From: a virus
Lineage: Duplodnaviria; Caudoviricetes
Virus record (IMG/VR): IMGVR_UViG_3300037067_009225
Coordinates: 49,907-113,906 of that record
DNA: 64,000 bases
Direction: 5' to 3' (one strand)
Below are positions 57,611 through 64,000 of the stretch, one piece after another. A model generated the notes under the pieces. It saw only the letters and a list, made by a program, of their open reading frames with translations. It was not told the origin of the DNA and ran no database searches. Position 1 is the stretch's first letter. Each line of letters starts with the position of its first letter. The position numbers and the translations under genes were made by a program.

Positions 57611-59356
57611 TTATGCTATTGAAATACCCATCCAAGATGGATCAGATTTTCCAACAACAGCATATACATCATTTTTTGGAACTTTTCTATATACCCAAGG
57701 TTGATATTCCCAATGCCACGTTTCAGATGCGACAGTTCTAACAAAACCAAATTTTATAGCATTTTTAACTAACCAATTATATGATTTAGATTTTCCATTA
57801 TTAGTAGAAAAATCAAAAGCAGTACCACGATGATGCATCGAATATCCAGGTTTTCCAGTTAATGGTGAATATAAATCGGTAGCACCACTAACTATAATAG
57901 CTTCTGTATAATTTGGTTTTTTTGCATTTTTTTTTCTTAACCTATATTGAATATCGTATTCTCTATATCCTTCATTTAATTTTAAAACAACACCATCTTT
58001 TTTAGCAGCTTCTATCATAGATTTTAATGGTTTATAATATTTTTTAACAACTTTTTTACCTTGTTCTAAAACATATGGTTCATCTCCAATTTTTTTACCA
58101 TTTATATAAATTGGTACTGTATCATAAATAATATTTCCATTATCATCTTTTTCAACTCCACCGTTATTTGTTTTTTTAGGAATACTTGATGGTACAGTAA
58201 CATCTCCAACATAATCGTTTTCTTCTTTATTTCCAACAACAGATGATGTTAAATATGTTCCATAATTTTCATCTTCTATTATATATACTGCATCATATTC
58301 ACTATTTTGATTTGAAGTGTTTTCATATATAGAATTAATAGAATCATCACTTTTAGTTTTTTGTTCTTCCATTAATGTTTCATAATCACTTGGATATTCT
58401 TCACCATTTTCATTAATCATTTGTATATCTGGTTTTTCTGGTGCATCATAAGTATCTTCGTGATAATCATATTCTTCTGTATTTAATAAATTTGATGGTT
58501 GTGCATTATTTAAATTTTCTTGTTCAATTTCGTTTTTTTCTATAATTTTTTGTTTAATATCTTCATTTATAATATTAGAATTTTCTGTATTTGTAACACC
58601 TTTTTGAAATGGGTCTTGATTATTAATTTTCATTTCACTATCATTAGTAACAGCTTCTGTTTCAATATCTCTTTTAACTTTTTCTATTTTATTATTATCT
58701 GGTAATTTTACATGTTTAGATAAAAAATTATTTCTTAATATTCTATATTCAATAATTAAAGCATCAATTTCAGGTCTTAAAATTGGAGCACTCATATTTC
58801 CAATTAAACTTGTAGGTATTGATAATTTATCTATAAATTTATCAAACCAATCAAAAAAATTAGTACCTAAGACAGCATCTTGATCTGAATCTCTTGAACC
58901 TAAATTTAATGTTGCTGTATTATCTTTTAATCTTAAATTTATATTTTCTTCATCAATATGAATTTGATTATAATAATAATCTAATCTATATCCATTTTTA
59001 TCAACAAAATTTTGTGTTTTATGGTCATAAACAAAAGATTGAAAATCAACATAATCTTTATCATTTAAAGAATCTAATTTTTTTTGAAGATTAATATTAT
59101 AATTTTCAGAATAACGATATACTGGCATGTATATATTACCATTATCAAAAACAACACTAACAATTTTACCAATAGAAGGTACAGTAAACGTTTTACCATC
59201 TAAACTTTTTAAAGGAGAAGCATAAGGTATATGTTCAAGTGGTATATTATTATAAATACCTTGAACTCTAACCTTAATTCTACCCATTCTAAATGGATCA
59301 ATATTATCTTCAACAACACCAACGTATATTTTATCTATAATATCTTTAAGTTTCAT
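57611..59356 (-). CDS. gp5-like baseplate hub/spike with C-terminal M15 (VanY-like) peptidoglycan peptidase
   Basis: YVGVVEDNIDPFRMGRIKVRV (gp5 OB-fold); GYRE...Q, SMHHRGTAFD and ETWHWEY (M15 zinc motifs). Confidence 0.82.
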   Translation of the reverse strand: MKLKDIIDKIYVGVVEDNIDPFRMGRIKVRVQGIYNNIPLEHIPYASPLKSLDGKTFTVPSIGKIVSVVFDNGNIYMPVYRYSENYNINLQKKLDSLNDKDYVDFQSFVYDHKTQNFVDKNGYRLDYYYNQIHIDEENINLRLKDNTATLNLGSRDSDQDAVLGTNFFDWFDKFIDKLSIPTSLIGNMSAPILRPEIDALIIEYRILRNNFLSKHVKLPDNNKIEKVKRDIETEAVTNDSEMKINNQDPFQKGVTNTENSNIINEDIKQKIIEKNEIEQENLNNAQPSNLLNTEEYDYHEDTYDAPEKPDIQMINENGEEYPSDYETLMEEQKTKSDDSINSIYENTSNQNSEYDAVYIIEDENYGTYLTSSVVGNKEENDYVGDVTVPSSIPKKTNNGGVEKDDNGNIIYDTVPIYINGKKIGDEPYVLEQGKKVVKKYYKPLKSMIEAAKKDGVVLKLNEGYREYDIQYRLRKKNAKKPNYTEAIIVSGATDLYSPLTGKPGYSMHHRGTAFDFSTNNGKSKSYNWLVKNAIKFGFVRTVASETWHWEYQPWVYRKVPKNDVYAVVGKSDPSWMGISIA

Positions 59357-59358
59357 TA

Positions 59359-60957
59359 TTAAATTTTAAGTTTTTTATCAAAATTTAAAATATATTCTGT
59401 AATAGCTAATTTACCTTCTGTTATTAATTCTTTTCTTGTGTGTTCTAAATCATTTATGATATCTCTTTTCATTTTTTGCAATATAGATTGAGAAACATGT
59501 GAATCACCATCATAAACATTACCTAAATCATTAATATTTCTTAATGATGTAGCTTTATCAACTTGTGATATAAATCTATTTATGAGGTCATTTCTTTTTT
59601 CTTTTAAATTTCTAACAATAGTATCTTTTATTTGTTTAGTTAATTCCATAGCTCCTTTTTTTATTGACCTTTTTGCATCATCAACAATATCACCAACATT
59701 TAATAATCTTAATGAATTTCTATGATCAATTGTACTTGTTGAAAATTCTTTATTTTCAGGTGTATATTTATATATATTTTTTTCATTCCATTTATCTAAA
59801 TCATTATCAGATTTTCTATTTTGATTATATAAATCATCGTTACTTTGATTTTGATTATTATATAAACCTGATTCTTTATTATATATTGAAAACCCCTTGT
59901 CTATTAATATTGGTTCAATTCTTTTTGATACTGATTTGAATATAACATCAAAAGATAATGTTGCTGGTGTTGATAGAGAATTTGCGTTAAAACCACCAAT
60001 AGTAAGTTCATCTTCACTATTTTTACTTTCAAAAAAATTCATATTACAATCATGTAAAACATATATAATTGTAGATTTTCTTTTATCTAATATATGTGGT
60101 ATATTACTTACAGAAACACCATCATTTTGTCTATAATCTGGATTTGGTATTCTAAATGTTCTAATTTCACTTATTTTAATATGCATATCAAATCTCAATA
60201 AATGTTCAGGTATCATATATCTATTAGATTTATATGAATATATTAAATTATTATATAATTCTGATAAATATTGCATAGTCATAGAAACATCTTCATTTAA
60301 TGTTATTGTAATTTTATCTTCTGGATAATTTATTAATTTTTTATTAAATAAATTTGTTCCTTTAATTGATGTTATATAATAATTTTTATTTTTAATAACA
60401 ACATTATTATATGATGATAAACCATTAAAAATATTAAAAAATCTATCTCTAAATTCATAAAATAAATCTAATCTTGATCCAATTTCATAAATATCAGAAT
60501 ATCTATTTAAAAATTTAATAACTTTATTCTGTGCATCTGCTGGATAAAATGGCGAACTTTCATTTGAATCATCAATATATATTTCAAAACCTAAATAAGT
60601 TGGGTCTTCAAAATTAAATTGTGATACAGAGTTTGAATCAAGACCATATTTAAAATTATCCATATCATATTCAGATGTATTCTGAAATCTTGTAGTATTA
60701 TATGTATTTTCTCCAATTTCTCTTGTTTCTACTGGTAAATTTAATTCAACAAATTTTTCTTCATTTTTATTTACTTTTTCATAACCTTTTATATAACCAG
60801 TATCATTAGAACTTTTTGGTACAGGTCTTCCATCAGAATATTTAACATTCGGTGTACCAAAATTTACTTGTTGTGTTATAATTTTATTTTTCGCTTTTAA
60901 AGAAGCAGTATTATATTTTGGTAAATTTGAAGTAATTATACTATTTGAACCTGCCAT
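59359..60957 (-). CDS. putative tail/baseplate structural protein
   Basis: Lies in the baseplate cluster; FEDPTYLGF, ITLNED, LLRFDMHI, tube-like beta pattern. Confidence 0.45.
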   Translation of the reverse strand: MAGSNSIITSNLPKYNTASLKAKNKIITQQVNFGTPNVKYSDGRPVPKSSNDTGYIKGYEKVNKNEEKFVELNLPVETREIGENTYNTTRFQNTSEYDMDNFKYGLDSNSVSQFNFEDPTYLGFEIYIDDSNESSPFYPADAQNKVIKFLNRYSDIYEIGSRLDLFYEFRDRFFNIFNGLSSYNNVVIKNKNYYITSIKGTNLFNKKLINYPEDKITITLNEDVSMTMQYLSELYNNLIYSYKSNRYMIPEHLLRFDMHIKISEIRTFRIPNPDYRQNDGVSVSNIPHILDKRKSTIIYVLHDCNMNFFESKNSEDELTIGGFNANSLSTPATLSFDVIFKSVSKRIEPILIDKGFSIYNKESGLYNNQNQSNDDLYNQNRKSDNDLDKWNEKNIYKYTPENKEFSTSTIDHRNSLRLLNVGDIVDDAKRSIKKGAMELTKQIKDTIVRNLKEKRNDLINRFISQVDKATSLRNINDLGNVYDGDSHVSQSILQKMKRDIINDLEHTRKELITEGKLAITEYILNFDKKLKI

Positions 60958-60976
60958 TTTTCATTTATTTATTTTT

Positions 60977-62350
60977 TTATAATTCACTAACACTCAATTC
61001 TCTACGAGATAAATTAATTTCTTGTTCCCACCCATTATCTGGATTAAATCTAAAGTTAATACCTGTTATCATCCAATCACCACTTAATCTTTTATTTAAT
61101 TTATCTTCATATATATTTTTACCTGCTAATTCATTTATATCACCTTTTGATGTATATCTAACTTTACTATCCATTTCTTGCATTTTATATAATTTAACAT
61201 TTATCATTTGAAATCTATATAAATTAAAATTTAAAACAGGTAAAATAACTTTCATCCTAACTTTTTGAAAATATTTAACATTTCTTAAATTTTGAAAAAC
61301 TGCATAATGATAATTATTATGAATATTATCAGTATCTATTGTACCAAAATAAACATGTGAACCACCAAAATTATATAAATTTTCTGTTGAATCATCACTA
61401 TTAGATTTTAAAACAACATTATTATCATTTTCTGTTGATATTGTATCAAGCATATAAATACTCATTTCTTTTTCAATTTTTTTATAATATGTTATTTCGC
61501 CAAAATAACCAATTTCTAAATTAACATTTGTTGATTCATTTAATAAATTATATTTTGATATATAATTATTAGAGCCATATGCGTCTGGATGATTAGTTAA
61601 AAATAAAACTTGTAAATTTTCTTCATTATTATTTATAATAAAGGTATTGTTAGATAATCCTTTTAAATTTGTAGAATCACCAAATTGAGTTTCAATATCT
61701 ATATAATTTAAATTATAATAAAAATCTACATAAGATAACATAAAAGAATCATCAGATTTATAAGATGCTAATGTTATATCTTCAATAAAATCTATTTTAG
61801 TATCTGCTGGATTTATCCAAGTTTGTTGATCATTAGTATTTTCTATATTAGTTGCAAAACCTAAACCCAATTCTTGTGCTAAATTTTTTAAAACATCTAA
61901 ACTTGTACCTTTATAACTACCAAAAATTGTAAAATATAAAGAACTAACATCTAAAATTCCTTTTAAATTATACACAACATCTTCACTATTAACTTCATTT
62001 TTAATTGGATTAAATTCAACTATTTTAAAATCCATTCTAATTGGTAATAAATTTTCAGATGGTGATTTTATAAAAATACTAATTTTATTATCATCTAAAG
62101 GGAACATAGAATCTATCATTTTATTACTCATATCTCTAAATTTCATCTCTAATCTTGGTAAAAATAAATCATTATATAATTTAAAATCTATAAAATATTT
62201 ATATTCTAATATAAGACCATTGAATATCACAAATGGATATTGACCTATTTTATCAATATAATCTTGTGCATATTTATCTTGAACATCATCATTATATTTA
62301 ATGATAATTTCCTTTAATGTTATAGATGGTGTTATTATTTTATTAATCAT
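60977..62350 (-). CDS. putative baseplate hub protein (gp27-like)
   Basis: Baseplate cluster context; C-terminal LSGDWMITGI...QEINLSRRE as in hub proteins. Confidence 0.55.
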   Translation of the reverse strand: MINKIITPSITLKEIIIKYNDDVQDKYAQDYIDKIGQYPFVIFNGLILEYKYFIDFKLYNDLFLPRLEMKFRDMSNKMIDSMFPLDDNKISIFIKSPSENLLPIRMDFKIVEFNPIKNEVNSEDVVYNLKGILDVSSLYFTIFGSYKGTSLDVLKNLAQELGLGFATNIENTNDQQTWINPADTKIDFIEDITLASYKSDDSFMLSYVDFYYNLNYIDIETQFGDSTNLKGLSNNTFIINNNEENLQVLFLTNHPDAYGSNNYISKYNLLNESTNVNLEIGYFGEITYYKKIEKEMSIYMLDTISTENDNNVVLKSNSDDSTENLYNFGGSHVYFGTIDTDNIHNNYHYAVFQNLRNVKYFQKVRMKVILPVLNFNLYRFQMINVKLYKMQEMDSKVRYTSKGDINELAGKNIYEDKLNKRLSGDWMITGINFRFNPDNGWEQEINLSRRELSVSEL

Positions 62351-62352
62351 AT

Positions 62353-62832
62353 TTATCCTATTTTATTAGTTATCGTGACTGTTTTATTTTCTTTATTCCA
62401 AAAGATTTGTTTATTTTTTTTATCTTTAACAATAGGAGAAACAACATCACTTTTTCTATTTTCATCTTTTCTTGTATTTTTAGCGTTATTAATATTTAAA
62501 ATATCAACACCTTCTTTATTATCTTCTTCATCATTATATAATGAATATAATTCTTCAATTGGAATATATAATATACTATCACCAGCTTTTATTGAAAAAG
62601 GATTAATTATATTATTAATTTTTAATAATTCATCTACATATTTATTATCACCATACAATTCTTCTGAAATTCTATCCATTCTTCCTTCATATTCTAAAGG
62701 AACAATATAAGAATACTTTTGAACTGTTAACATATTTTTATCTGTTAAAACAGATTTAAATAAATCATATGTGAAACCTTGACTAAATTCTTGTCTTGAT
62801 AATATTTTATCTTTAAATGAATATATTTCCAT
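62353..62832 (-). CDS. LysM/gp53-like baseplate wedge protein
   Basis: EGRMDRISEELYG...ELLKINNIINPFSIKAGDSILYIP. Confidence 0.7.
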   Translation of the reverse strand: MEIYSFKDKILSRQEFSQGFTYDLFKSVLTDKNMLTVQKYSYIVPLEYEGRMDRISEELYGDNKYVDELLKINNIINPFSIKAGDSILYIPIEELYSLYNDEEDNKEGVDILNINNAKNTRKDENRKSDVVSPIVKDKKNKQIFWNKENKTVTITNKIG

Positions 62833-62839
62833 TTTTTAA

Positions 62840-64000
62840 TTATTGTGTTTTTGAATTGTTTGTCGTTGTATTTGGTTGTTTTTGAACAGTAGATGGTTTA
62901 TTTTTTGAATAAATTCTTTGATATCCATTGTTAAATAAACTTTGTATTTCTTGTTTACCTAAATTTCTTCCAAATCTGAGATTAATCTTTGCTGTGATTT
63001 GTAATGGCATATCATTAAAACCCATTTCCCCCTTACCTGTAACTTGAATTTTTTCTACAACCATATTACCTGCTGATATTATAGGCGACCAAGGATTTCC
63101 TATTGTCACATGCCAAGGTGTACTTGGTTGACCTGTCATAGCTGCAATAGAACCACGTAAAGGCCATCTATGTTTAGCAAAAGTTGAAGCTAATACTGAA
63201 CGTAAAAAATCGCCAATAGTTGATGAATCATCTAAAAATTTAAAATCATTATTCAATTTATCTAATGCATCATTAGCTTTTAATTTGTTGTTTTTATCCG
63301 TATTTTCAATTTTTCTATTTTCAATACTGTTTATTCCACCTTTTTGTGCTTTAAGTGATGATATTGTTTCTTGATTATCTTTATATTTTTTCTTGGATGC
63401 ATTATCTTTAAAATTAATTTTTTGACCATCTTTATTAATACTTTTACTACCATTAGGATCAATTAAATTAATATTTTCTTGTTCCAATCTACTAATTTCT
63501 TCATCAATATCTTCGCCATTATTTTCATTACCACCAGTTGTATTTGATTCATTTTTTTCTTCACCAAATAATTGATTAATAGTTTCTCCAACTGCTGATA
63601 TATATTTTTCAACAATCTCTTTAATAACTTCAGCCCAAGCTGTTAAATTATTACCTTTACCACTTACTGCATTACTTAATTTGTTTAATATTTCAGAATT
63701 ACCATTAAATATAAATCTTGTATTTGATGTACCCATATCAGTTAAATTTCTTATAATATCAAGCATTGCTGTAGCTGGATCAAAATCACCTATAAATTTT
63801 TGTTCATATATAGTTTCAAAAGATATATCCATACTAGATTTCAATGTTTGTTGTGTATAATCTCTTGTTGCTGCTTCACGTAATAAATTTGGATCACCAA
63901 ATGGTATATCATAAGCGTTTCCAGTATCAGTTAATCCCATATTTGAAAGAAATTGAAACAATAAACCTTGTGTCCAACCTGGGTGTGGAATAACTTTATC
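62840..64000 (-). CDS. putative tail tube initiator/baseplate protein, 5'-truncated by the window end
   Basis: Frame open to 64000 (DKVIPHPGWTQGLLFQF...); PWHVTIGNP, FNDMP...INL motifs. Confidence 0.5.
   Translation of the reverse strand, partial: DKVIPHPGWTQGLLFQFLSNMGLTDTGNAYDIPFGDPNLLREAATRDYTQQTLKSSMDISFETIYEQKFIGDFDPATAMLDIIRNLTDMGTSNTRFIFNGNSEILNKLSNAVSGKGNNLTAWAEVIKEIVEKYISAVGETINQLFGEEKNESNTTGGNENNGEDIDEEISRLEQENINLIDPNGSKSINKDGQKINFKDNASKKKYKDNQETISSLKAQKGGINSIENRKIENTDKNNKLKANDALDKLNNDFKFLDDSSTIGDFLRSVLASTFAKHRWPLRGSIAAMTGQPSTPWHVTIGNPWSPIISAGNMVVEKIQVTGKGEMGFNDMPLQITAKINLRFGRNLGKQEIQSLFNNGYQRIYSKNKPSTVQKQPNTTTNNSKTQ

Noticed and set aside
2932-62710. Shadow ORFs in the track (2932, 3258, 7583, 9787, 17602, 18197, 18640, 22043, 25364, 26554, 33045, 35581, 38323, 39863, 42504, 45337, 48401, 50558, 51206, 55543, 56119, 58520, 58894, 59664, 59897, 60945, 62375)
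   Set aside because: They lie antisense to well-supported genes and have the F/L/I/S-rich composition expected from reverse-reading K/E/N-rich coding DNA
1-64000. Genome-wide TAG reassignment (genetic code 15)
   Set aside because: Long late and replication genes (2417-aa fibre, NrdJ, TerL, baseplate) are fully open in the standard code, and TAG appears to act as a real stop at 21754-21756; only isolated in-frame TAGs were seen
1-64000. tRNA, rRNA or CRISPR arrays
   Set aside because: No cloverleaf-like GC-rich islands and no regularly spaced repeat-spacer units were seen by eye; tRNAscan-SE and a CRISPR finder would be needed to be certain

Overview
A very AT-rich, gene-dense segment of a large T4-like (myovirus-type) jumbo phage genome. 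The host is probably Bacteroidota: recurrent TAnnTTTG -7 promoter boxes, no Shine-Dalgarno sequences, and Bacteroidota-like ClpP, PncB and NrdJ. Positions ~1.3-24.4 kb are a mostly minus-strand accessory (probably early) region of small ORFs mixed with RtcB, a Dam-like methylase, ClpP, an HD hydrolase, an M16 peptidase, a NUDIX hydrolase, a nucleotidyltransferase, a radical SAM enzyme, PncB and free-standing homing endonucleases. The rest holds a 2417-aa tail fibre, a gp25-like protein, terminase, a putative clamp, dCMP deaminase, intein-containing NrdJ, helicase, UvsX/RecA, an IS200/IS605 TnpB element and baseplate genes. Most notable: (1) about 23 otherwise unrelated small proteins end in the same C-terminal motif R-x-x-K-[ILM]-x-x-[IL], apparently a shared address tag; (2) terL is fractured by an atypically split intein, with an antisense GIY-YIG endonuclease between the halves and a palindromic promoter-like site; (3) several catalytically degenerate look-alikes of core phage proteins (terminase ATPase, major capsid, Mre11/gp47, RNA ligase) may be decoys; (4) a second, N-terminal motif resembling the T4 capsid-targeting sequence marks probable injected effectors; (5) the TnpB element's ends, TAM and guide can be read from the sequence; (6) a 57-aa protease-inhibitor-like gene is missing from the ORF track. 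All assignments come from motifs read by eye; no database searches were run.
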